Shown in pieces: positions 28,201-38,692 of a stretch of 64,000 bases of DNA. The DNA comes from Ophelia neglecta (Eukaryota). Under the pieces are notes generated by a model, which was given only the letters and a program-made list of their open reading frames with translations, was not told the DNA's origin and searched no databases. The stretch is taken from contig OZ260661.1 of the NCBI GenBank assembly GCA_965285935.1, positions 136,772,001 to 136,836,000 on the forward strand, given 5' to 3'. A program made the position numbers and the translations under genes. Positions within the stretch are counted from its first letter, which is position 1. Every line of letters begins with the position of its first letter.

Positions 28201-28940
28201 ATTGCTGATCTTTTGAAATATCAACTGATTTTCTGACAACTTGTATACCTGTAGACGTTAATAATTGTCTAGTATTGAACATGCTAATCGTGCTTTCATC
28301 AACTCCTAATTCATCGAAAAGTCTTTCACCGATAGTGAGCATGTCACTTCTACGACCAGTGTGAGCATTCAAGTCACCCAGTATCAAATAATAATTAGTA
28401 TCTACGCCGTATTCTACTATGTTCTGTTCGAAATCTTTAAACATGTCAATATTGGAGTATTTAGAAGTCCTCGGTGGTATATACACATTACAGAGAAGCA
28501 TAATTCTGTCTAAACCACTTAATTCACTCGACACTTCAAACCATTGGCTAAAATTATTGGGGCTGCTATATTTTATATATTTAACAATGTTTTGCTTAAA
28601 TGCAACGATTAGACCACCAGACGCTTTACGTGCAAGTTTTGTTCTGTTATTTACATAAATAGCAAACTCATATTTCATGAATTCTGCAGTAATCTTTTCA
28701 ATATATGTGTCATCTAATTTAGTTTCTTGCAAGCATATAATATCGTAGTCATTTACATAACTCAGGAATTCCAATTTCCCTTTTAGCCCACCAATATTTA
28801 TATTTAAAATCTTTAGGCGCCTGCAGAAACATGCATTGCATTCTTGGGTCTGTACTCCTTCGGATTCCTATCTACTGTCATCGGGGGTCGAGTCCGCCAG
28901 CACCTCGAATCTATTTCGGGTAGCGGGATCGGCATTCGTT
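25270..28940 (-). mobile_element. 5'-truncated non-LTR retrotransposon, RTE-X-like
   Basis: End of ORF1 (RNRFEVLAD) followed by APE-RT ORF2 with a C-terminal Cys/His motif. 3' end is AATAAA plus (CCTAA)2. 5' boundary is approximate and no TSD was seen. Confidence 0.88.
25391..28867 (-). pseudogene. Disrupted LINE ORF2 (APE + RT + C-terminal Cys/His knuckle)
   Basis: LKILNINIGG, ICLQETK, NVYIPP, GDLNAH, VVDYVI, SDVHCP; GVRQGENLSPLLFSLFINDL, YDDDTV (YADD altered), YGCEVWG, IERLHLRFCK; ERICTMC...GDEYHVVLEC. Spread over ORFs 27125-28774, 26379-26780, 25987-26406 and 25391-25648 with stops and frameshifts. Confidence 0.9.
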
Positions 28941-31277
28941 CATATTTCTATCCTAGACCACAAGGAATTATCATCCTAACTTTTAAACATGATGTTATTT
29001 TTCTGCGTTGATTCGCAGCTGGGAACAAGGAGACAGCTTCTCTTTGTAAACATAATGAAGTATGGACCAATCCTAAAAACCGCAGCATGCAAACAAAACA
29101 CAAATATGATTACTTATATTATATCTGGAATAGATACATTGAATCATTTTTGATACCATTATATTATGATACTTGTGAAAATGATACCGACACTAAACCT
29201 TTACCGATGCCGATACTTTTCTTTAATCGGGCAGTGCCTCAATGGAATAGATATGTACGTTCGGGCATACCATGGTCAAACTGCTTTAGAAACAATACAT
29301 ATACCCTGCCCAAGATAAGTATTATATCCGCCACTTTCCGTCAAACTAATATAAAATTGTCGAAATAGTCAATTCAAAAACCACACAGATACTAATACCA
29401 CATTATTATATTGTTTAAAACGTATGTTTTCGATGCAGGTAATAGTTTGTTTAAACGAAAATAATATGCCTTAAAAAGTTGCTATAACGATTAAGAAGTC
29501 AAGTATATTTTTTATAGTGATATGTCCTAGTAAATTATATATTTGACTTCATACTTCAAGATAATCACAAAATTCATATAAAAGTCCATATAAGTGTGCG
29601 CAGCAGTCAACTGGGTCAACACAGTGCAGCTGTATATTACCATACTCGACGTGCTCCAATTAACATCAACTAAAACTAAACTAACAATCACCCCTCCGAA
29701 GTTAGGTTCCTCGTTTTAACGCATAAATTATCTACCCTAATAAAGAGTGAATGGTCAGATGAAATATAACATGGAATAAGTAAAAACCGGGTGTGATTAC
29801 ACGGCAGACAGAGCGTAGCCAATAATCAAGAACAGTCCCTTAAGTAATCAGGAACCAGCAGCCACAGGCTGGCTGACACCAATCGATGGAGTAAGCTCGC
29901 TTGTACATGTGTGGCTGCAGATCGGCTTTGTTCCATAAAGGGACATCTAAAGTGTTTCATATTTCAGTTTAATTGGCCCTGTAACTGTTCGTTTTGGTTT
30001 CGTTCTGTACCTGCGGCGTCAATTGTGAGCCATGACTGATAGTTCAGCAGTAGAGTAGTAAAGCATATAAGGGACATTCGCATGTAATAATAGATTTGAT
30101 GTTTGTTTTAAATATTTACAGCCCGCGAAACCGCCCTGTGTGTTAACGCCAGAAAAGTCTGAAAAATTCCGGATGCGAATAGCGCAAAAGAAGAACGTCG
30201 TCGCCGCTGGACAGGATAACGATATTCAAGCTTGAGATTTCTTAATATGACGTGGGCCAATATGATTCATCTCTGTTTAAATAGTGTAGGGCGATGTCCC
30301 TGGATATTTAAGTCGCCAAAATCATGCGAAGGACCCACAAAGAAGGCTATTGGACATGAAAATATATCACAGCTGAGCTACCCCACCATTTGTTTGGGCG
30401 CTCAAATGTGAAAGCGCGAATGGGATTGCAGCATAAGCAAGAAGTTTTATTTTGAAGTATATAAATATATCAATGTAAACGTTATAGTAAAATATATTGT
30501 GCATGCAGCTTATCTTATTTTATTGATAAAAATGCAGACCATTTGTTTTCAGATTTAGAAAAAAAAATTATTTTGACCAAAAAGTGCAAGCCTTGGCCAG
30601 GCCCTGCCTAATAAAAATGTAAAATGTATAACCCAGATGTCCCGGCCGTGCCGCCTGAACAACATGTCCCTGCAATAGACAATGATACCGCAGTGAAACA
30701 GCCAAGCCCGGCACAGTATAGGCAAAACCCGCTTAGATGACCTTTCAAGAATTAATGACACCCCAGGAACACAGCCAGACCAGGCACAGCACAGGCAAAT
30801 ACACAGATTAGATGTGTTTGAAAGCATAATCCACATTGGTAAGCAGCCAGATAGCGGGACGATCACTCCATGTTTTCAGCAAATATGGATGATGCCAAAA
30901 CAACCCTCTGGCCATCGAAAATGAAAATATGATTGGGCTTATTGTTTGTGTAGGTAATACAGTCGAATGGAATGCAATATTGCTTTTCTATAAAAGATAG
31001 CAAGAACAGCATAAGCCTTTCTCTTATGGATATTTCTGGACTCCCCTTTGTCTAAGACCAGTCATTAAAATTGAGCAAGGGAAAGAACAAACGACTAAGA
31101 AAAACATAGCTTTACTGTGTCTCTTTGAGCCGACAAAATATAAAATAGGGGACAAATACTGCTATTTATCTATGGTCATGAATTGGATTTGAGTCCAACC
31201 CACCTGATTATACAGTCAGCGTTCATGTACCGATTAATATAAATGGGTCTGTGTAAAACTAAACATGATGTTATTTT

Positions 31278-32603
31278 TTGAAGTACTTTGGTGATCTAAT
31301 CTCCAGGAAGAACACAAACAACAAGAGGAAAGAAAAGGTGGCCGAAGATATTTTTAGCCTGTTCCTGTATATCGAGGGGGACTATACAATCGACCTTAGC
31401 AAACTGGTAGCCAGTAAAGATAGGGATAAATTCCAACAGTCGTTGGTTGGATCTGAAGTCCTTGTCGACAACAACACTGATTTATCTAGGCACCATAACG
31501 GAACACCCGATGGCGAAGTCCTTTCTAGTTTGGATGAAAACCACGACGCTGTAGCTGCAGCTAAGTCGGGTGACCGGGTAACTGCCAATATTGTTACTAG
31601 CACCTTGGCGGGTTTTCCTGGAGAAGCCACTGTACCGACAGGATTCTCCGACCCTCTACGTGCACTGTGTTCAGATATGATTACTTTAAACCGACAGCTT
31701 CAAGCACAGATTTCTCTACTGATGACTGAGAACAACTCACTCAGAGCAGAAAACAGACTTTTCCAAGAGAAATCAATGGAAATGAGAAATGATATTGACT
31801 CTATGAAAGTGAAGCTGAGAGAACTTGAAGTGACTGGAAAATTGGAGAGAGAATCAAACGAAAAAGTTAAGAAGACGGTTGATTTGATGGACGGCTCAGT
31901 GAATGCCATCCTATACAAATTGTTTGCCGGTGACTCAAAGATAGCTGTCGCCAATATGATGCAGAAGGCAAAAACCACACCAGATGCCAACCAATCTCAG
32001 ACCGACAGGCAGGAGGGCTTTTCTAGACCAGACGGTCCCATTATCTCGGGCCCTCCACCAGCAAAGCCCAGGTCAGACAGTGACATTGGGATAGTGTTCG
32101 GTATCCTGAGTCAGTTGGGCAAAGGTGGCGCAAGAAAAATTCCTACCGGCGCGGAGAGTGAGACGGAAGAACGCGGAGTTTCGCCCAATGACGACCGGGA
32201 CCCAGATGACTTTTCATCTCATGAAGAGAACGTCGCAGCTCGAGACATTCTGGAGGGTTTCACACCTGCAGACGGCATGGTACAGGTTGAAAACGAGACA
32301 GATGAAAACAATGACACTTTAGAGGGTTTTACTCCTGTACAGCGTAGACCCAGAGCTAAAGCTATTTATGTAGGCAGTGTAAAGATAAAAAGGTCTCTCG
32401 ATAATACACAGAGAGTATTGTTAAACTATCTGACAGACAAACAAGTTCATGTGACCCATTGTGTATTTTATAAGAAGTCTGGTCAATACCTGTCGTTCAA
32501 AGTAAACGTAGCCGCAGCGCATTATGAAACTGTGTCAGATCCATCCTTCTGGCCTGGGAATCTGAAAGTACGACAGTGGGAGTACAGACAGTCTAAAGAT
32601 TAA
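31278..32603 (+). CDS. LINE ORF1 protein (coiled coil + C-terminal RRM-like domain)
   Basis: 441-aa open frame with a heptad-rich central region and C-terminal SFKVNV...DPSFWPGNLKVRQW, typical of invertebrate LINE ORF1. It lies directly upstream of ORF2. The start codon is TTG in the track, so the true N-terminus is uncertain. Confidence 0.8.
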   Translation: MKYFGDLISRKNTNNKRKEKVAEDIFSLFLYIEGDYTIDLSKLVASKDRDKFQQSLVGSEVLVDNNTDLSRHHNGTPDGEVLSSLDENHDAVAAAKSGDRVTANIVTSTLAGFPGEATVPTGFSDPLRALCSDMITLNRQLQAQISLLMTENNSLRAENRLFQEKSMEMRNDIDSMKVKLRELEVTGKLERESNEKVKKTVDLMDGSVNAILYKLFAGDSKIAVANMMQKAKTTPDANQSQTDRQEGFSRPDGPIISGPPPAKPRSDSDIGIVFGILSQLGKGGARKIPTGAESETEERGVSPNDDRDPDDFSSHEENVAARDILEGFTPADGMVQVENETDENNDTLEGFTPVQRRPRAKAIYVGSVKIKRSLDNTQRVLLNYLTDKQVHVTHCVFYKKSGQYLSFKVNVAAAHYETVSDPSFWPGNLKVRQWEYRQSKD

Positions 32604-32605
32604 GA

Positions 32606-35600
32606 ATGGCCCATAGTCTAATTAAAATAAGTACATTTAACTGTTGGGGTTCTATGGCTTCGGCCAATTATATTTGTTCTCTTCTTAAGAAAACAGATGT
32701 GTTGTGCTTGCAGAAACACCATTTAAGACCAGAAAATTTGTCCTTTTTAAATTCACTTAATCTAGATTTTGATGCTTTCTCAAGAGTAGATGATCGAATG
32801 TATACACTGAGGCATGGGAAAGCAGGTGGGGTTGCTATTTTGTGGAGAAAGTCTCTCGGGTACGCAGTGTCTAAGCTGCATGACTGTGGTGATGACAGAA
32901 TACTGGGCATTCAAATAGCATGTCCAAATCAGACCCAATATATATACTTGTTTAGTGTATATCTACCTAGTAGTAACCATGGTGATGAAGAGTATCTCCA
33001 GAGTCTAGCTAAGCTAGAAGATGTATATGAATACTATAGTTCTCGTGGAATTGTTATCATTTGTGGGGATCTTAATGCCCAAATGGGGTTAGATGCAGGT
33101 CCTAATGGTTCACAAATATGTACCCGGAGAGGTCAAATGCTGCAGAATTATCTTGTTAGAATGAATGTGAAATCTATTAATTGTTCTGAAATTTTTACTG
33201 GTCCAAAGTGGACATACCGGGGACATGGTGACTTAAAATGTTCACAGATCGACCACATTTGTATACCGGGAGAGTATGTACATGTTGTAGAAAGTTGTTC
33301 TGTTGGGCCGGATTCTTCCTATAACACTTCTGATCACCTAGTAGTTAATTGTACGCTCAGATTCACCCTTGTCGCATTCGATGATGTAAGGCGAAAATTT
33401 CTGAATTGGCGAAATGGTGACACGGAATCCTATGCAAATATGAATAACTTTAGATTAATGGAATTATTTCGAAATTTTGAATTAAACACACTCGCGCCGA
33501 TACCACCAGCCACTATAGACAGACAATGTGAAGCTCTCATCGCGATCATGAGTAGTAGTGCACAGCAGTATTTTCCTGTGTCTAATGCTGTCCATTATCA
33601 GAATTCTTACTGGGATTAGGAACTGAACACGGCTCACGCCAAGCAAAATGCCTTGCGTAAAGCATGGAAGGACCAAGGATCGCCGAGAGGGAAGGAACAC
33701 CAGTTGTTTAGAAGTTATAAAGACGCAAAGACTAAATTTAGAATAATGCAGTACCTAAAAATTAAAAAGCGCGAAGAAGACCGCATGGCTAAAGTTGACG
33801 GCGAGATAGATCTGGTAGCTTTTTGGCGCTTCGTCAGGAGTCGCAGGGAGCCCCAAGAGAGTTTCCACATCATTAACGATAGTGAGAACACTTATACCAA
33901 CCCTGATGAGCTTCGAACGTTCTGGGCTACACACTTTGCCACACTGTTAAACGAGCAACAATGGGAATCGTCCAATTACGATAACGATTTTGCTGAAGCC
34001 GTACAGGCTGAAGTAGGAGACATTCTCAGTGACGCACACACTCAAGAAGACAATACGGGCATATTTGAAACAAAAATTACAGCCGAGGAAGTCCGTAAAA
34101 CGGCAAGGAAACTCCCAAACGGTATAGCTCCAGGCAAAGACTTTATAACATATGAACATTTGAGGTACGGAGGACATGTGTTGTATGAAGTGCTGGCCTA
34201 TTTATACAATAACATGATCCATCAAGTTCACATACCACAGTCATTCAAGAACGGTGTCCTCGTGCCCTTGTATAAGGGGAAGAAGAAACCGAAGGACAGT
34301 AAGGATTCGTACAGAGGAGTGACTTTAATGCCCGTTTTGAACAAATTGCTTGAAAAAAATTGTTGCTGAACGTATGAAACCATGGCTTTTGGAGAAGCAG
34401 TTTCCCAACAAACTGCAGCACTCTAAACCACAGTCGAGTAGCCTTCTCCTCTCCTTCTCCATACAGGAGGCTATACTACTCTTTGTGGAGCGTGGTAGCA
34501 GGGTATATGCGGCTTTTCTGGATGCAGAGAAGGCATTTGACAGAGTCTGGTGGAGTGCACTCTTGCTTAAGTTGTACCGACTTGGAGTAAAGGGATCTCC
34601 ATGGCTGCTTTTCCGCGAGTGGCTTATTGGATCGGAGATGTCTGTTATGTTGAGCGGCGTGCTTTCTCAACCCTTCTCTATCTCCAGAAGTATTAAGCAG
34701 GGAGGCATTTTATCTACGTTCATGCATGCGGTGGCGTACTGTGATTTTTACGACTGCATGTTGGAGACTGAGCGCGGGCTTCGATTGTCGGGCATTGACC
34801 TGGGTAGTCCTACTCTGGCGGATGATAGTGCGCTACTTTCCTGTACACGAAACAGCCTCCAGTTGATGCTCGATGCTGCTAGTGAGTACGCCAGGCGGTG
34901 GCGGCTGAAGTTCTCGTCCTCCAAAAGCAAAGTAATTGTGTTCGGCGAAAGTAAACACCAGACTGTGAAGAACAGTAATTGGCGTAAGTGGTGGCTAAAC
35001 GGTCAACAAATCGAGGAAGTCTACTCTGAGACCTATGTCGGTATCATTCTCACCTCTGACTTCAGGTCTGCCATGAGAACTCACTCAGCCTGTGTGAAGG
35101 GTAGATGTCAGCTGGCCGGTATGGCTTGGGTCGGTGTGACCGCAACTGGACTCAACCCAATAGTATCGGCCAGATTATGGCGGCAGGTTTGTTTGCCTTC
35201 GGCACTTCATGGCGCGGAACTGTGGTCAAATTTGACACTATCTGAAGTGACTGAGTTGGAGGCCATGCAAAGACATGCAGCTAAATCTATCCAGGGGTTC
35301 TTACGTAGAACACACACCTTGACAGCTTTGGGTACGCTTGGTTGGCTTTCAATAGAGTGTGAAATTGATGGTAAAAAGTTAATGTTTTTGCATAGGATTT
35401 CTACACTAGAACCAGATCGCCACTTAGCCAGTCAATTGTTTCTATTTAGATTAACTGACCGTTCAAATGTGCCTGAACAGAGAGGGTTTATTCCCGAGAT
35501 AATACGTTTTTTTGCTGAAATACGGTCTTAACGAGTTTGTCGATGATGTTACTTCTGTTAGTAAATTGTCTAGGCGTAAGTGGAAGTTTATTGTTTCATC

Positions 35601-36087
35601 GGCAATTTCGGAATTTGAATCCAAGCGGATTCATGACGAAACTGCTATAAACCTAGATTACGGTTTGTTTCATGATGCGTTGAGTGACTTTAAACCTTTG
35701 TTTCTGTATAAATTTGCTAAGTATCATATTGGATTGAAAACTGCTTGCTTGAATTTGGCTGGATAACTGTGCTTTTATAACTCCGATTTGATTATATCGT
35801 GTATTATGTGCGACAAACATGTCGATAGTCCATTTCACCACTTGTTGTGTGAAGATGGTTGTTCATATCTCAGAGAAGTAAGAGACCTATTTTGGGAAAC
35901 TGTCTTTGACGAACTGCCAGTTTCACAGTCGGTGTCTTTGTACAATTTAAGCACAGACCATTTTATTCGCCTTATGGTGGGTCTCGACGAGGAGGATAAC
36001 ACTCCCTTTGTGCTTCGATTATGTGCTGAAATGTTTGGTTCGCTGGCAGTCGTTTTCCAATATGACTTCAAATGTAACAAGATATGA
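32606..36087 (+). pseudogene. LINE ORF2 (APE + RT + Cys/His motif) with four reading-frame lesions
   Basis: STFNCWG, CLQKHHL (usual catalytic E is K), GGVAIL, SVYLPS, GDLNA, IDHI, SDHL; SYRGVTL, FLDAEKAFD, KQGGILS, LADD, HGAELW; CIMC..HHLLC. In-frame stops at 33617-33619 and 35764-35766. +1 frameshifts in A7 (34353-34359) and T7 (35507-35513). Confidence 0.92.
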
Positions 36088-37904
36088 TCGTGTAGTTGTT
36101 GTTTATATATAATTGTAGTGGTATATTATGCTGTCATTGTTTAATATGTTGTAAATACTGTCATTGTACTAGCTCTCATTTAGTTGAGGAAAATAAACAT
36201 ATAATAATAATATATTGAAAGTCGGAAACATCATGGAAACTAAAGAGTGTCTGTTGTGACCAATGTTATAGAAAGCTATAGTTGTGTTTAATTAATTCCA
36301 GAAGCAAATATACACTTATTAGTGCGCCCATGAGATCCACATTTGTTTGTTTTTGATTAAATAATACACAATACTCATAGTGCTGTAAACCTACTCCAAT
36401 GTACATTGACCGGTCGCTTCATTGTTTCGAATCACTCATATTTGAGGTACAGGACTCGTCAGCGGCATATGATTGATATTTAATAAAGGATATTTTACAC
36501 AGAAAAAAACACCAAAGTCCATATTTATTAAAAGCAATCAATGTGCTCTCGTCGGAAGAAAAGAGATTGGGGATTAAAGAGGTCATAGTTCAAACTGTAT
36601 TTAGGCTGATATTAAAACCACAAAAGCGTACAGATAGCCATTTGGCGGCCATTATATTGTTCCTGCGAAATGAATGTCACTTTCACATGCACATATTGGG
36701 TTCAGTCATAGCCAAAAACATGACTTATGTTATACATTTGATCTAGTTCGTGACTGCAGCTTTTGTTTGTAGGGCAGTTCATAATTATAGTCAGACAAAA
36801 AAGGCGAAAACGCATTGCTTTCATATATATATGGATTATTCAATTAAACCACTTTCATAAATCTCATCGACTTAAATGCGAATGGCGAATAATGCAGATT
36901 ACAAAACAGTTCGAAGAAATTGCAAATATCCCAGTTCAGCTTATTATTCTATATTACCTTATCACGTGTTCCGCGTTTTCATAAATCTGGTGGACCAATG
37001 AGAAGAAAGAAAACCAATCATTAAATTCGGCTTATTTGCCATTACCATTTAACTACACATTGTGGAAGGTCACAAAGGCTAATAACAACTGCTTAGGAAA
37101 ACTTATTAACCTATTTCCTCTAAAATAAACTGACGCCATTTAACATGATCAAATGTAAACTAATTCAAGCTGGATTTCTCCAAACGTCTGTTATTGGGCT
37201 ACTACAATTCCAAGTTTATAAGGATGAAATGGTCCAATACATTTTTTTTTTGCTCACGCTACCACCGGTTGTTATGGTTTTTAAGACCATAATGTGTTTA
37301 ATTGTATCGCATTATTTCTATATCGGAGGTTATGCCAGACAAAAACAACCTTACAATATATAAATACCATTGACGGTGCTTTAATCATGCATTTTAAATG
37401 CACACAACTTTCCACAGAGCTAAGAGCATCTACTTCATGGAAACTTGTTCACTACTTTGTACGATCATACATTCCGTGTGATCCGCTGTGAAAAACTGAG
37501 ACTCATACATTAATGTGTGTGCTGTCGGCTTCAGACCCTTGTCTCTGGTCTCTTATTGGCATCGTTATGGCAAGAGTCAGCACAGTTAATCAGTGGGCCT
37601 GACTTAAACAATGTACATTCTAGGTCTGCACTTAGAGATCGAGCAAGGCTTCCACTCACATTTTTCACAACAGGGATTTAAGTGGTAAGTGTTTTACTTT
37701 AAGTACTCGGGCCTGTCCGTGAGGTGTCGCCATAACGTATATCGTATTTATTTTCGCATCTTATAACAAAGCCTTATCCCGAGTGGCTCCATTGACTAAC
37801 AAGGTAGATTAATTGAGCCAGTAAACACAGGGCTCACAGTGTATGGCCAACAGGATGAATTTTGAATTGTGATCAAAAACCAAAAATGTCACTACCTGCA
37901 ATCC

Positions 37905-38142
37905 CCTAAACTTGCGCCCTCCGCCTACCTCTCACACTTACCACTTCCCATTCACCCCCCTCCAATCCCCTCCTCTCCATCCCCGTCCCCTTTCCCCTCA
38001 AATGACAACCCCCCCCCACACACACTCCAATTACTGCTTCGCCTTCCCCATCCTTTATCAACCACCACTCAGTTTCACAGACGCACTACTAACCCACCCC
38101 ATCCCTCTCTTGCCCTCTTCTTCCCTCCGTCCGTCCCTCCTT
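37905..38142. repeat. C/T-rich low-complexity tract
   Basis: Runs of CCCC, CTCC and CACCC. It produces the spurious Pro-rich ORFs 37869-38165 and 37912-38154. Confidence 0.8.
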
Positions 38143-38597
38143 CAAATACACTAAGCGCATGCTAGTACACAGCCTTTCGATCGGTTGTACAAACTGAGAA
38201 CGCTTGTGGGCGACTGTAGGCAGTTATGAAAGAAATGGTCACGTCATATGTAGGCAGTAGTGAAATAAATGGAGGTAAATCAGACATGATAAATGCCCCT
38301 CCCTCTCTGGCCCTTGACTGAAAGCAGACCTTTGTACCCTGGTTGAAAGACAGTTAGCCCCAAAGGAGATGATAAAAGTCAAGAGCGCCATGTTAAGTGA
38401 TCTCTGTTGGATGATGGTATCTGCTCTGCGACCGTATAGTTCGATTGGCATAAAATACGGAATATTTTTGCTATCTGTCTAACAATTGCCTTAGCTGAGC
38501 GGACCGATACCGAAGAAGGGAATGAGTTCGTTTCCACGTAATATATATATGATTTGGAGTTAGAAATTTCGCGCATAGAGAGCAAAATGTAAAACAA

Positions 38598-38674
38598 GGT
38601 GTTGGGGCCGGGAATCCAACCCTATTTCCATTAATTCAGATCAAAACGTCATCTCACTCACGGCCATGTCGTCC
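38598..38674 (-). pseudogene. Degenerate tRNA-like sequence (tRNA pseudogene or SINE head)
   Basis: Minus strand reads GGACGACATGGCCGTGAGTGAG (A-box-like) ... GGTTGGATTCCC (B-box-like) at tRNA-like spacing. No intact acceptor stem. Flanked by GTAAAACAAGG direct repeats. Confidence 0.45.
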
Positions 38675-38692
38675 TTGGGGTAAAACAAGGCA

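Larger units (their letters stand above)
31250..36210 (+). mobile_element. Near full-length two-ORF APE-type LINE (RTE-X/Proto2-like; clade uncertain)
   Basis: ORF1 and ORF2 separated by TAA-GA-ATG. 3' end is a hairpin, GGAAAATAAA (AATAAA at 36192-36197) and a (TAA)3 tail. 5' boundary is approximate. Confidence 0.9.

Noticed and set aside
33617-33622. TAG-GAA inside ORF2 of the 31-36 kb LINE as programmed readthrough
   Set aside because: It lies in the middle of ORF2 in a copy with other lesions, so a simple nonsense mutation is more parsimonious.
8368-34930. Antisense and overlapping short ORFs within the LINEs
   Set aside because: They are shadow frames of the LINE coding sequence with no independent support.
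37869-38165. Proline-rich ORFs
   Set aside because: They arise from a C-rich low-complexity tract and show no domain or splice evidence.
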